The notes under the pieces are model-generated. The model had not been told where the DNA came from, searched no databases, and saw only the letters and a list, made by a program, of their open reading frames with translations. DNA of 64,000 nucleotides, taken from NCBI GenBank assembly GCA_963757595.1, contig CAVWRX010000005.1, forward strand, positions 95,510-159,509, in the 5' to 3' direction. This DNA is from an uncultured Chloroflexia bacterium. GTDB lineage: Bacteria > Chloroflexota > Limnocylindria > Limnocylindrales > CSP1-4. Both the position numbers and the translations under genes were made by a program. Shown here piece by piece: positions 51,812-62,890 of this stretch. Every line of letters starts with the position of its first letter. Position 1 is the first letter of the stretch.

Positions 51812-52414
51812 ATGTTCGAGCGTCTCTTCGGCAACCGGGAGCAGGATCCCGCCGTCGCCGATCGCATCCCGCCCGGCCAGTACCGGACGGAAAAGTTCCC
51901 CGTCCTCCACTACGGATCCGTCCCGCGCACGAACCTGTCCACGTGGGACTTCAAGGTCTACGGACTCGTCGATTCGCCGTTGAGCCTGACCTGGGACGAG
52001 TTCAAGGCCCTGCCGCGCAAGTCGGTTCACACCGATATCCATTGCGTGACCCGCTGGTCGAAGCTCGACACCGATTGGGAGGGCGTCCCCATCCAGGAGA
52101 TCCTGCGCCTCGCCCAGGTGCGGCCGACGGCGACCCACGTCGTCTCACATGCCGAGCAGGGCTACACGGCCAACCTGCCCCTCTCGATCCTCGATGACGA
52201 CGACGTCCTCCTCGCCGACACGTTCGACGGCCAGCCGCTCGAGCTCGAGCATGGTTATCCGCTACGGCTCGTGGTCCCGAAGCGCTACTTCTGGAAGAGC
52301 TCGAAGTGGATCCGGGGCCTCGAGTTCCTCGACCACGACCAGCTCGGCTTCTGGGAGCGCTACGGCTACAACAACAACGCCGATCCCTGGAAGGAAGAGC
52401 GCTTCAGCGACTGA
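51812..52414 (+). CDS. Sulfite oxidase-like molybdopterin oxidoreductase
   Basis: PPGQ...KFPVL, DIHCVT.WS, HGYPLR..VP..Y.WKS.KW, GFWE..GY. Confidence 0.92.
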   Translation: MFERLFGNREQDPAVADRIPPGQYRTEKFPVLHYGSVPRTNLSTWDFKVYGLVDSPLSLTWDEFKALPRKSVHTDIHCVTRWSKLDTDWEGVPIQEILRLAQVRPTATHVVSHAEQGYTANLPLSILDDDDVLLADTFDGQPLELEHGYPLRLVVPKRYFWKSSKWIRGLEFLDHDQLGFWERYGYNNNADPWKEERFSD

Positions 52415-52452
52415 TCGCGGGAGCGCAGCCACCGTCGGCGGGGCCGACGTAA

Positions 52453-53232
52453 TCAGCCGCCGAGGACCAGGACCGCGTCGCCGAGGCGAACCCGCCCCGG
52501 CCGTTCGACGTCGGCGAGGATCCCGAACATCGCGCTCGGCGCGCCGTGCCGGTCGGCGATCAACCCGCGATAGCCGATGATCGTTCGCAGGGTGTCGAGG
52601 TCACGGGCACCCGAGTCCGGGTCCTGCGTCGTGATCGCGCACCGGGCATCACGGTCCGTGACCCGCAGGATCGCGTCGCCGATGGCGATCCGCCCGCCGA
52701 CCCAGTCATCCTCCGCGTGGGCGACCGTGCCGTCGAGCTCGATCAGCATCCGGAATCGGCGTGCGTCGATCTCGTCGACGCCGGCGTGCCGCGCCAGCTC
52801 GGCGAGCGAGCCGCGGCCCACGAGGGAGGTCGGGTTCCCGCTTCGCGTTCCGCCGGGTTGATCGGTGCGGATGACCCGGACGCGCCGGCCGACGACCGGC
52901 TCGAGGGCCTCGGCCCAGGGCCCGATCACGGCGTGGCCGATGGCGGTCCGCCCGTGGAGCGTCGTCACGATCGGATCGCCGAGACGGACATCCCCGGCGA
53001 CCGTCGTCCCGTCAGGAAAGTCGAGGCGCAAGGCCAGGCCATCGGGATCGGTCCACGTCGCGATCTGGACGAGTGCGCCCACGACGAGCCGATCGACGAG
53101 GCGGCCCGCCTCATCGACGAGGTAGAAGCGGCGATCCTCGAGGACGCCGGTCGGCGTCAGGTCGATCTCGGTTGGGTGCAGGAGCCCGAGGCTCCGGACC
53201 GGCGCGATCGAAAACCGGACGACCGTGATCAC
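52453..53232 (-). CDS. MOSC domain protein
   Basis: DRRFYL, RRFRMLIE, ED.W.G, RCAITTQDP. Confidence 0.85.
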   Translation of the reverse strand: MITVVRFSIAPVRSLGLLHPTEIDLTPTGVLEDRRFYLVDEAGRLVDRLVVGALVQIATWTDPDGLALRLDFPDGTTVAGDVRLGDPIVTTLHGRTAIGHAVIGPWAEALEPVVGRRVRVIRTDQPGGTRSGNPTSLVGRGSLAELARHAGVDEIDARRFRMLIELDGTVAHAEDDWVGGRIAIGDAILRVTDRDARCAITTQDPDSGARDLDTLRTIIGYRGLIADRHGAPSAMFGILADVERPGRVRLGDAVLVLGG

Positions 53233-53852
53233 CTGCCGGATGCCTCCCGGGAGGCATCCGGCCCCGTCCGGACATGGCGCGGGTAGATGACGAGGAGCCG
53301 GCCCGTCTCGGGACCGAGGCATTCGACGTCGTGGGGAATGGTCGGGTCCCAGGCCACGTAGTCGCCGGGTCCAGCCTCGATGACGGTGTCCCCCTGGCTC
53401 ATGCGCCAGCGGCCGGCCAGGACCAGGTGATGCTCGTCGCCCGTGTGCGCGTGGACGCCCGTCGCCGAGCCCGGAGGCGCGATGGCCTCGAGGATTCGGA
53501 CGTCGCGGGCGGTTCCGCCATCGACCTCCTCCATGGATTGCCCGAGCGGTCCGACCGTCCGGGGCCGGTCCGCCGCACGGACCACGCGTGGCGCCGGCGC
53601 CGAATCCAGGAAGAGCCAGGCGATCGGGACGTCCAGGGCCGCCGCGATCGACGCCAGCGCATCCAGCGAGGGCACCGCCTTGGCGTTCTCGATCTGGGAG
53701 AGGTAGCCGATGTTGAGGCCGCTGCGGTCGCCCACCTGGGCCAGCGTGAGGGCCCGGGTCTGGCGCCATCGACGGATCTCGCGACCGACATCAGGACAAT
53801 GGACTCGGGATGTGCCGGTCGAGTCTGCGGCCGGCTCGTGTTTTGTGTCCAC
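53229..53852 (-). CDS. XRE-family HTH regulator with cupin domain
   Basis: LTL......SGL...YLSQIEN....PSL; HAHTGDE...PHD. Confidence 0.88.
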   Translation of the reverse strand: MDTKHEPAADSTGTSRVHCPDVGREIRRWRQTRALTLAQVGDRSGLNIGYLSQIENAKAVPSLDALASIAAALDVPIAWLFLDSAPAPRVVRAADRPRTVGPLGQSMEEVDGGTARDVRILEAIAPPGSATGVHAHTGDEHHLVLAGRWRMSQGDTVIEAGPGDYVAWDPTIPHDVECLGPETGRLLVIYPRHVRTGPDASREASGR

Positions 53853-53860
53853 CAAGGTAC

Positions 53861-53926
53861 TTGACCTCCGGCAAATGCCGTGGGATAGTATTTGCGACGG
53901 CAACAGTGATTTGCCGAGAGACAAGC
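53861..53926 (+). promoter_or_regulatory. Sigma70-like promoter (TTGACC-17-GATAGT) with TTG-Nx-CAA dyads
   Basis: AT-rich divergent intergenic region with three imperfect dyads. Confidence 0.45.
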
Positions 53927-53976
53927 ATAGCCGGTCGAGCCCTCGAAGTTCGACCAGGGAGCACAGGAAAGCCGCC

Positions 53977-54624
53977 ATGAAGATCGCGATCATCGGAACA
54001 GGAAACGTGGGGTCGGCGCTCGGGGGTTCGTTCGTCCGAGCCGGTCACGAGGTGACGTTCGCCGCCCGGGACGAGGCCAAGACCCGACAGGTCGCGAGCG
54101 AGGTCGGGGCTCGTGCCGTGGTTTCGCCAAGCGCGGCCGTCGAGGGCGCCGATGCCATCGTCCTTGCCGTGCCCTACAGCGAGGCGCTGGAGCTTGCCTC
54201 CGAGCTTTCGGGGCCCGCCACCGGCAAGATCCTGATCGACGCCACCAACCCGCTCAAGCCCGACTACAGCGGCCTCGCCACCGAGGGTGGCCCGTCGGGC
54301 GCCGAGCGTATCGCGGCGGTCGCCAGCAAGTCGCACGTGGTCAAGGCGTTCAACACCCTCTTCGCCAGCCTCCAGGCCAACCCGTCCCTGCATGGCCAGG
54401 CGGCAGACGCCCTCATCGCCGGTGACGACGCCCATGCGAAGGCGAAGGTTGCCGAACTCGCCGGCTCGATCGGCCTGCGTGCGATCGACGCCGGGCCGCT
54501 GGCCGCGGCGCGAGAGCTCGAGACCCTCGCCTGGCTCAACATCGCCCTCCAGCTCCGCACCGGCGGCAACTGGAGCTCGTCGTTCGTCCTGCTCGGGGCG
54601 CCCGAGAAGGCCCTCGCCGCCTGA
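53977..54624 (+). CDS. NADPH-dependent F420 reductase-like oxidoreductase
   Basis: GTGNVG, LAVPY, IDATNP, VKAFNT, DAGPL. Confidence 0.9.
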   Translation: MKIAIIGTGNVGSALGGSFVRAGHEVTFAARDEAKTRQVASEVGARAVVSPSAAVEGADAIVLAVPYSEALELASELSGPATGKILIDATNPLKPDYSGLATEGGPSGAERIAAVASKSHVVKAFNTLFASLQANPSLHGQAADALIAGDDAHAKAKVAELAGSIGLRAIDAGPLAAARELETLAWLNIALQLRTGGNWSSSFVLLGAPEKALAA

Positions 54625-54701
54625 CCTTCCCTTCGATCTCGGCCCGGGCGCGGTACTGTGCCCGGGCCGGCCAATTCCCCGCATCCCGAACCGGAGCCTC
54701 G

Positions 54702-55541
54702 ATGACCTCGCCCGATCCCATGCCCGAGCCGATCGCCGACACGACGTCGACCGACTTGCCGACCCCCGGCTCGATGCCGGCGCTCTATCTCGGCCACGGC
54801 GCCCCGCCGCTCCTCGAGGACCCGGAGTGGGTGGCGCAGCTTCGGGGGTGGGCGATGGGTCTTCCCCGGCCAAGCTCCATCCTCATCGTGAGCGCCCACT
54901 GGCAGACCGCCCCGACCGCGCTCAGCGCGACCCGGCCCGTCCCGCTCGTCTACGACTTCTACGGCTTCCCGCAGCACTACTACGACATGACCTACGACGC
55001 CCCGGGCGCGCCCGAGCTCGCGGCCAGCGTCAAGGCGCTGATGCCGGCCTCCGAGCCGGTCCTCGAGCGCGAGTCCCGCGGCCTCGACCACGGGGCCTGG
55101 GTGCCGCTCAAGGCGATGTACCCGGACGCCGACATCCCGGTCCTCCAGATGTCGATGCCGGACCTCGATCCACGGCACCTGTTCGAGATCGGGAGGCGCC
55201 TCGCGCCACTGCGCGACGAAGGCGTCCTGATCGTCGGCAGCGGGTTCCTGACCCACGGCCTGCCGTTCGTGCAGGAGTACTTCATGGGCAAGCCGGGTGC
55301 GCCGCAGTGGTCGATCGACTTCGACGACTGGGCCCGCGAGGCCCTCGATCGCGGTGACCTGGATACGCTCTTCGACTTCCGGACCAAGGCGCCCGGGATG
55401 CCGTATGCCCACCCGACGGTCGAGCACTTCGCGCCGCTCTTCGTGACACTCGGCGCCGTTGCCAGGCCGGACGAGGCGCCGGCCTACGCGATCGAGGGGT
55501 ATGCGTACGGGCTGTCGAAGCGGTCGTTCGAGACCCGCTGA
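54702..55541 (+). CDS. Extradiol ring-cleavage dioxygenase (YgiD/DODA, LigB family)
   Basis: LGHGAP, SAHW, YDFYGFP, LDHGAWVPL, AHPT.EHF.PL. Confidence 0.92.
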   Translation: MTSPDPMPEPIADTTSTDLPTPGSMPALYLGHGAPPLLEDPEWVAQLRGWAMGLPRPSSILIVSAHWQTAPTALSATRPVPLVYDFYGFPQHYYDMTYDAPGAPELAASVKALMPASEPVLERESRGLDHGAWVPLKAMYPDADIPVLQMSMPDLDPRHLFEIGRRLAPLRDEGVLIVGSGFLTHGLPFVQEYFMGKPGAPQWSIDFDDWAREALDRGDLDTLFDFRTKAPGMPYAHPTVEHFAPLFVTLGAVARPDEAPAYAIEGYAYGLSKRSFETR

Positions 55542-55642
55542 TCGGGCCTGGCGGATCAGGCGCCGCGGGCGTCTCGGGCAGTCCGGACACGACATCGAGC
55601 GACGAATGCGCGGTGCGCCGCCAAGAGGGCCGGCAGATACGC

Positions 55643-57412
55643 TCAGTCGGCGCGCGTCGCGAGCGGCGCCGGGCGGGGGAGGATCGACAGGGCCGTCACG
55701 AGTCCCGTGCCAGCGTCGAGGGTGAGCGCCAGCTCGAGCGTTCCGTGCGGGCCGGCAAGGCGCCATGTCGCGGTTGTCCGACCGTCCCCGGCGACGACCG
55801 GTCCGAGCTCCAGCGGGGCGTGGCGTGCCGCGGCGATCCGCAAGTCCCTGGCGAGCGCGGTGCGATCGACCTCCGGCCCGAGATCGAGAACGGACGGCAC
55901 GGCCGGGTCCACGGCGTTCATCGCCTGGACGAGGGCCGCGACGATCGAGACGAGCACCGGCTCGGGAGCAGGGATCGACGTGACGAGGAACGTCTGGATG
56001 CGTGGCGCAGGTTCCGGGGAGAGGCGGATCTCGACCTTCACCCGGCCGCCGCGCGCATCGACGAGCCACCATCGCTGGTGGAGCGGCGAATCTGATTCCG
56101 CCGACAACGTCGGGTCTGGAAGGAGCGGGCCGTGGTCGCGATGGAGCCGCTCCAGCGCCTCCTCCCGCCGCACGAACGGCTCGTCGAGCTCGACGTTCAT
56201 CGAGAAGAGGCTCGCGGCGAGCTCCTCGTCCCAGCCGGTCATGAGTCGCTCGACCCCGGCCCGGGCGGCGGCGGTCGCGGCCATCGGTTGCACCAGCCGG
56301 TGTGCCGCGACATCGGCCCTTGCCAGCGAGAGGAGCAGGTCGTGACCCAGGCGGCTTGCGCCGCCGTACCGATGGTTGGTGAGGACGATGACGCCCAACC
56401 CGGACGCGGGGAGCCAGCGCATGTTCGACCCGAACCCCGGGTAGCCGCCGCTGTGCGAAACGACGCGCCCGAGCTCCAGGTGGTCCTCGACGAACAGGCC
56501 GAAGCCGTAGCCGCCCGCGGCGACCTCGGGATCCAGGCCGACGCCCCGCTGGGTCACGAGCAGCCCGAACGCGTTGTGTGCCTGCTGCATCTCGCGGCGC
56601 GACGCCCGCGACAGTGGCGAATCGACTGGCTCCGGGTCATCGCGGGGCGGATAGGCATCGGTGAAGAACGCAACCCACCGGACCAGGTCACGGACCGAGG
56701 TGAAGATGCCACCCATCGACGCGAGCGCCCCATACCGGTCGATCGGCTCCTCGAGGTAGGCCCCGTCGCGCCAGAGGTAGCCGAGCGCGAGGCGGTCCGC
56801 CGGAACCTCCTCGCGGAGATACGTGGTCGCGGTCAGGGCCAGCGGACCGAGCAGCCGCTCCCGGACGACCTCGCGGTACTCCAGGCCGGCCACGTTCGTG
56901 ATCAGGCGCCCGAGGATCCCATAGCCAAGGTTCGAGTATTCGAATCTCGTCCCGGGCGTCCAGGCGAACGTCAACGGCCCCCGCAGGAGATCGGAGAAGG
57001 TCCCGAGATCGAGGCCCTGCTGCCGGTCTCCCCAGGGATCGTCCGTCCCGAGGCCGGACGCCATCGTCAGGAGATGCCGAACCGTGATCGCCGGCGCGTC
57101 GGACGTCGGACCATGGAGGTCGGCGAGCTCGGGGACGTGGCGGCCGATCGGGTCGTCGAGTGACAGGAGGCCCGCATCCCGGAGCGCCAGGACGACCGAG
57201 GCGGTGAAGCTCTTCGTCATCGACGCGATCCGGAAGACGCTGTCGGCGTCCGGCGGCGCGTCCTCGCCCACGCGTAGCGTCCCAAGACCTCGGCTGTGGA
57301 CCAGCTCGCCACCGACGACCACCCCATAGGCGACGCCGGGAACGTGCTTGTCGGTGAGGAAGCGGTCGGCGATGTGATCCGCCGCCCGCAGGGCGTCGCC
57401 GAGCCCGCTCAT
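55643..57412 (-). CDS. Serine hydrolase (beta-lactamase family)
   Basis: FRIASMTK, YSN, HSGG.PGF. Confidence 0.92.
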   Translation of the reverse strand: MSGLGDALRAADHIADRFLTDKHVPGVAYGVVVGGELVHSRGLGTLRVGEDAPPDADSVFRIASMTKSFTASVVLALRDAGLLSLDDPIGRHVPELADLHGPTSDAPAITVRHLLTMASGLGTDDPWGDRQQGLDLGTFSDLLRGPLTFAWTPGTRFEYSNLGYGILGRLITNVAGLEYREVVRERLLGPLALTATTYLREEVPADRLALGYLWRDGAYLEEPIDRYGALASMGGIFTSVRDLVRWVAFFTDAYPPRDDPEPVDSPLSRASRREMQQAHNAFGLLVTQRGVGLDPEVAAGGYGFGLFVEDHLELGRVVSHSGGYPGFGSNMRWLPASGLGVIVLTNHRYGGASRLGHDLLLSLARADVAAHRLVQPMAATAAARAGVERLMTGWDEELAASLFSMNVELDEPFVRREEALERLHRDHGPLLPDPTLSAESDSPLHQRWWLVDARGGRVKVEIRLSPEPAPRIQTFLVTSIPAPEPVLVSIVAALVQAMNAVDPAVPSVLDLGPEVDRTALARDLRIAAARHAPLELGPVVAGDGRTTATWRLAGPHGTLELALTLDAGTGLVTALSILPRPAPLATRAD

Positions 57413-57479
57413 CGCATGCCGGGAATCACGAAGCCGCCGGTTTCCCGGCGGCTTCCTGGGTGCGTCGCGTCGACGTCGG

Positions 57480-57860
57480 TCAGTGGGCGCAGGAGCGGGC
57501 CTGGCCCGCGTCGTCGGCCGTTCGGAAGCTGTTGCCACAGCCGCAGCCGCTCACGGCGTTCGGGTTGTTGACCGTAAAGCCGGCGCCCATCAGCGTGTCG
57601 ACATAGTCGATCGACGAGCCCTGGAGGAGCGAGACGCTCTGCCCATCGAGGTAGACCTTGACGCCGTTCGTCTCGAGGACGTTGTCCTCGGCGGTTGGCT
57701 GATCCTCGAGCATCATGCCGTACTTGTAGCCCGAGCAGCCCCCGGAATACACGTAGACGCGCAAGCCGACGTTCGGATTGGTCTCTTCCTTGGTCAGCTC
57801 CCGGAGCTTGGCCGCGGCGGCATCCGTCAGGGACACGGTGGTCGGTTGCTGGTCGATCAT
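57480..57860 (-). CDS. Iron-sulfur cluster assembly accessory protein (IscA/ErpA/HesB)
   Basis: GGCSG, NPNA...CGCG.SF. Confidence 0.95.
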   Translation of the reverse strand: MIDQQPTTVSLTDAAAAKLRELTKEETNPNVGLRVYVYSGGCSGYKYGMMLEDQPTAEDNVLETNGVKVYLDGQSVSLLQGSSIDYVDTLMGAGFTVNNPNAVSGCGCGNSFRTADDAGQARSCAH

Positions 57861-57887
57861 GGGGTGCGTTTCCTCTCCAGAGGATGA

Positions 57888-58682
57888 TTGGGTCGATCTT
57901 GGACGACCGAGGGACCGGTCGCGGCCGTCATCGTACGCAAGTCAACCGATTTCGACAAGGACCCTGACCAAAATGCTGTCGGGAGGCCCCGATCCGGGCG
58001 CCCGGGACACGTCGCGGACGTCTCGGGTAAGGTGTGGCGTCCAGGCGTCACCCAACCTTCCGGCGCGGAGGACTCCGCACCGCTGTCCTTCATCGAGGAG
58101 GCCGTGGCCAACTCCCGACGCGCACCCCGCTTCTCGCTGCCGGAGATGGCCGACCAGGGCGTCGACGAGGCCATCAGCTCGTTCCTGAGCGGCCCGCAGA
58201 CGCGCCGCGGGCGGCGCGAGCCCACCGGCCTGCTCGGCAACGGCGGCGGTTCGTTCGGGGCGCTCGAGACGCGTATCTCCTGGGAGGAGGCACTCCATCG
58301 CGAGGCAGCCCGGTGCGCCCGCTACCGTCGCCCTGCCGCGGTCATGGTGATCTCGGCAACCGCCGGCAGGACGCCCAACCCCGCCCGTTGGCTGAGCCGG
58401 GTGGCCACGCCGATCGCCCACGCGATCCACCGCGGGATTCGCGAGACGGACCTCGTGACACGGACCGGCGATGCGCGCTTCCAGGTCCTGATGCCGGAGA
58501 CCACGGAGCCTCAGGCCCGCCACGTCGCGGAACGGATCGCGATCGACTGCAGGATCTGGCTCGAGGCGATCGAGGCCCCGGTCAGCGTTCGGACGGTGTC
58601 GGCGGCCACGGCGACGGACACCACCCTCGAGATGGCCCTCGAGCAGGCGCTCCGGGCGATCGAGGCGAGCCGCCCGTCCTGA
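57888..58682 (+). CDS. Degenerate GGDEF-like domain protein (start uncertain)
   Basis: PTGL.N, E.AR..RY..P, RETDLVTR.G...F.VLMPET. Confidence 0.68.
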   Translation: MGRSWTTEGPVAAVIVRKSTDFDKDPDQNAVGRPRSGRPGHVADVSGKVWRPGVTQPSGAEDSAPLSFIEEAVANSRRAPRFSLPEMADQGVDEAISSFLSGPQTRRGRREPTGLLGNGGGSFGALETRISWEEALHREAARCARYRRPAAVMVISATAGRTPNPARWLSRVATPIAHAIHRGIRETDLVTRTGDARFQVLMPETTEPQARHVAERIAIDCRIWLEAIEAPVSVRTVSAATATDTTLEMALEQALRAIEASRPS

Positions 58683-58731
58683 TCGAAGCGGCCTCCGGGG
58701 TCCGTCCGACCAGCCGTAGCGCTGGCGAGCC

Positions 58732-59975
<1,244 letters not shown>

Positions 59976-59979
<4 letters not shown>

Positions 59980-61091
59980 GCGCCGATTGTAGGGTCGTGC
60001 CGTCGGGCCCACGCGAATGGACCCTGCGGATGCGCGGCGCCCAGCCACAGGGCCGTGTCGATGTCGTCCGCGGAGGCGACGCCTTCATCGCGCGCAAGCA
60101 CGGCCTCGGCAGCAACGGCGGACCGGATCCGCCGTACGACCACGTCGGGTGCGAGGGATCGGCCCCGAAGCGGGCGGGCGACGTCGCGGGGCAGCGGGTC
60201 GATCAGCTGGTCGTGGCCGGCGTCGTAGCGATAGAAGCCGACGCCGGTCTTCCGCCCCAGCCGGTCGTGCGCCACCAGCCATCGCTGGATGGGCGAAGGC
60301 CGAAGCCGCTCCGGCCGGCCGAGGCCCTCCCAGACGCCGGTGGCTGCTGCCAGGTTGACGTCGATCCCCACGAGATCCATCAGCTCGAACGGGCCCATCG
60401 GAAAGCCGTCGTCGCGAATCGCCGCATCGATCTCGGCAACCCGAGCATCACCCTTCTCCTGCATGCGGAGTGCCTCGATCGTGAATGGGCGGTTCACCCG
60501 GTTGACGATGAACCCGGGACGGTCGGCCGAGCGGACGGGCGTCTTGCCCCAGCCTTCCACGATGGCCGCAGCCCGGTCGGCGACCTGCGGGTCGGTCCGT
60601 CGGCCGGCGACCACCTCGACGAGCAGGAGGATCGGGGCCGGATTGAAGAAGTGGAGTCCGACGACGCGTTCGGGATACCGCGAGGCGGCCTCGGCGATCG
60701 CACTGACCGAGAGGGCGCTCGTGTTGGTGGCGAGGATCGTGCCGGGTTCGGCGACGGCATCGAGGTGGGCGAAGATCGCCTCCTTCGCGACGAGATCCTC
60801 GATCGCGGCCTCGATGACGAGATCGGCCGAGGCGACGCCGTCGAGGTCCGGTGTCGCGGTCAGGGCGCCGAGTCGCTCGTCCACCCACTCGGCCGCCACT
60901 CGACCCTCGAGGGTCCGCTTCCGTGCCCGCCGCCGCAATCCTTCGAGAACACGTTCCCGGCCGCGCTCGACGGCGCCGGGCAGTGGATCGAAGACGCGCA
61001 CCTGCCAGCCGGCCTCGAGGGCGACCTGCGCGATGCCGGCGCCCATCGTCCCCGCACCGACGATCCCGAGGGCGTCGCTCGAATCGGTCAT
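59976..61091 (-). CDS. paaH: 3-hydroxyacyl-CoA dehydrogenase (PaaH-like)
   Basis: [31 protein letters not shown]. Confidence 0.85.
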
Positions 61092-61107
61092 GACGCGACG
61101 GTAACCC

Positions 61108-61260
61108 TCAGGGCGCGACGACGTGGGCGATCTGGATCAGGGTGCCGCTGGCGTCGTCGAAGACCGCGCTCATGGCTGGGCCTATCGCCGTCGGCGGCTA
61201 GGTGAACGGGACACCGAGTGCGCGCAGGTGCTCGCAGGCAAGTCGATGCGTGCACGTCGA
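61108..61260 (-). pseudogene. Remnant of a VOC/glyoxalase family gene
   Basis: HLRALGVPFT*PPTAIGPAMSAVFDDASGTLIQIA matches the VOC C-terminus; in-frame TAG at 61198-61200; no N-terminus. Confidence 0.6.
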
Positions 61261-61380
61261 GCCACGGATTCAAGTTGCCAGGGAACGGCGTTTGGTACGT
61301 CCCGACCCTTCGGGCCGTTGGACCTGCAGGCCGCTGCCCGTGAAGTGACGCGCAATCTCGACCGACCGATCGACTCAGCG

Positions 61381-62253
61381 TCACGGCGCGGAGGGCGGGG
61401 CGGGCGGTACGACCCCGCCGTCCAGGAGCGTCCGATTTCCAAGCGGCTCGCCGAGTCGCATGATCGCGGGAGTGCCCGGCCCCAGCGGGCAGGTGAAGGC
61501 CGTTCCAGGTGGGGCGTCGGGCGGCCGAACTCCGATCGTGATCGTCACGGTCGTGGCGGCGTACTGCACGACGGGAGCCGAGATACGGCCCGTTGCTGGT
61601 GAACCGCCGGAGCACGCTCGCTCCCAGACCAGGATGTGGACTTCGGATGTATCGGCGGCGGGCGTCGGAAACGCAGGATCAAGCTCCCATGTCGCGGGGC
61701 CGAACTCTGCGGACAGGACTATATGCGGATCGCAGTCGCCCATCCCACCCGGCTTCCAGCCGGACGCATCGGCCGTCACGACGAGCGCAATCCAGCCGGG
61801 TGTTCCCGGTTGGTCGGGCTTGGACAGGAAGATCGCCCCGGTGTCGTCGCGACCTGCGAGTCGCCACGTCCAGGTCGAGGATCCCTGGAACGCATCGGCG
61901 AACATCGCGAGCGTCGCCCGCAGAGCGTCGAACTCCGGCCCGGACGCCTTCTCCGCACCGCTCGGCGCGTTGAGCCCCGCGGCCGGGAATGTTCGGCCAC
62001 CGCAGGTAAGGAGTGCCTCGCCGGTGCCCGAGGTGGGGTCGGCAAGTTGCTCGGGTGGTACGGGCCAGGTCGGAAGCAGCGCTGGCAAGCTCGGAGGTGG
62101 CGTCGTCGCCGGTGGTGGATGCGTGGCCGCTGGCCCGGCCGCGCATCCACTGATGCCCGCCGCGGCAAAGACGAGGATAAGGAGCCACCATCCCCGCGGC
62201 CTACCGCTGCTTCTCATCGTCCCCGACTCGACCAAGCGTCCCTCGTGGACCAT
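61381..62253 (-). CDS. Putative lipoprotein
   Basis: Signal peptide with ISGC lipobox, Pro-rich linker, Cys-containing C-terminal domain (LGNRTLLDG). Confidence 0.65.
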   Translation of the reverse strand: MVHEGRLVESGTMRSSGRPRGWWLLILVFAAAGISGCAAGPAATHPPPATTPPPSLPALLPTWPVPPEQLADPTSGTGEALLTCGGRTFPAAGLNAPSGAEKASGPEFDALRATLAMFADAFQGSSTWTWRLAGRDDTGAIFLSKPDQPGTPGWIALVVTADASGWKPGGMGDCDPHIVLSAEFGPATWELDPAFPTPAADTSEVHILVWERACSGGSPATGRISAPVVQYAATTVTITIGVRPPDAPPGTAFTCPLGPGTPAIMRLGEPLGNRTLLDGGVVPPAPPSAP

Positions 62254-62416
62254 GTCCGAACGGCCTCGAGCTTATGGCAACCTCCTGACCCTCACCAGCA
62301 CAATTGAGCATCTGCCGTGGGACTCAGTCCGTCAATGACCTGCCCGACCTGGGCCAATCCTCATCGGTTCAAGGCGACTCACCAACCGGGATTGGCGCAC
62401 GAGGAGGCTCAAGGGG

Positions 62417-62890
62417 TCAGACCGGTTTGAACGCCTCGAACGGCTGGCGGCAGGCACGGCAGTAGAACAGGGACCGGCACTGGGTCGGCCCGAAGGCGCT
62501 GTCCATGGCGACCTTCCCCGACCCACAGTACGGACACCGCACGGCCGACGCCTCGGCCGGAGGCGCGAATCCGGCGGCCGCGAGTTGCCCTCGGCCGCGC
62601 TCCGTGATCCGATCCGACGTCCAGGGGACCCGGAAGCTGAAGCCGACCGTGGTCGGGTGGCCGAGGGGTTCGAGCGCCGCCACGACTGCGTCCCGGATCA
62701 GCTCCTGGGCCGGGCAGCCCACGAACGTCGGCAGGAGCTCGACCTCGATCCCGTCGGGCCGGACCTCGACCCGCTCGACCATTCCCAGGTCGACGATCGA
62801 GACGCTCGGGATCTCCGGGTCGGCGACGGTCCCGAGGATGGCCCGGACGGCGGCCCCGTCGGGGAGCGAGGCCGCGGTGTTGGCGCTCAC
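62417..62890 (-). CDS. paaD: Phenylacetyl-CoA epoxidase subunit PaaD
   Basis: V.DPEIP.VSIVDLG, PTFVGCPA, CPYCGS, FGPTQCRS..YC..C.QPFE.FK. Confidence 0.92.
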   Translation of the reverse strand: MSANTAASLPDGAAVRAILGTVADPEIPSVSIVDLGMVERVEVRPDGIEVELLPTFVGCPAQELIRDAVVAALEPLGHPTTVGFSFRVPWTSDRITERGRGQLAAAGFAPPAEASAVRCPYCGSGKVAMDSAFGPTQCRSLFYCRACRQPFEAFKPV

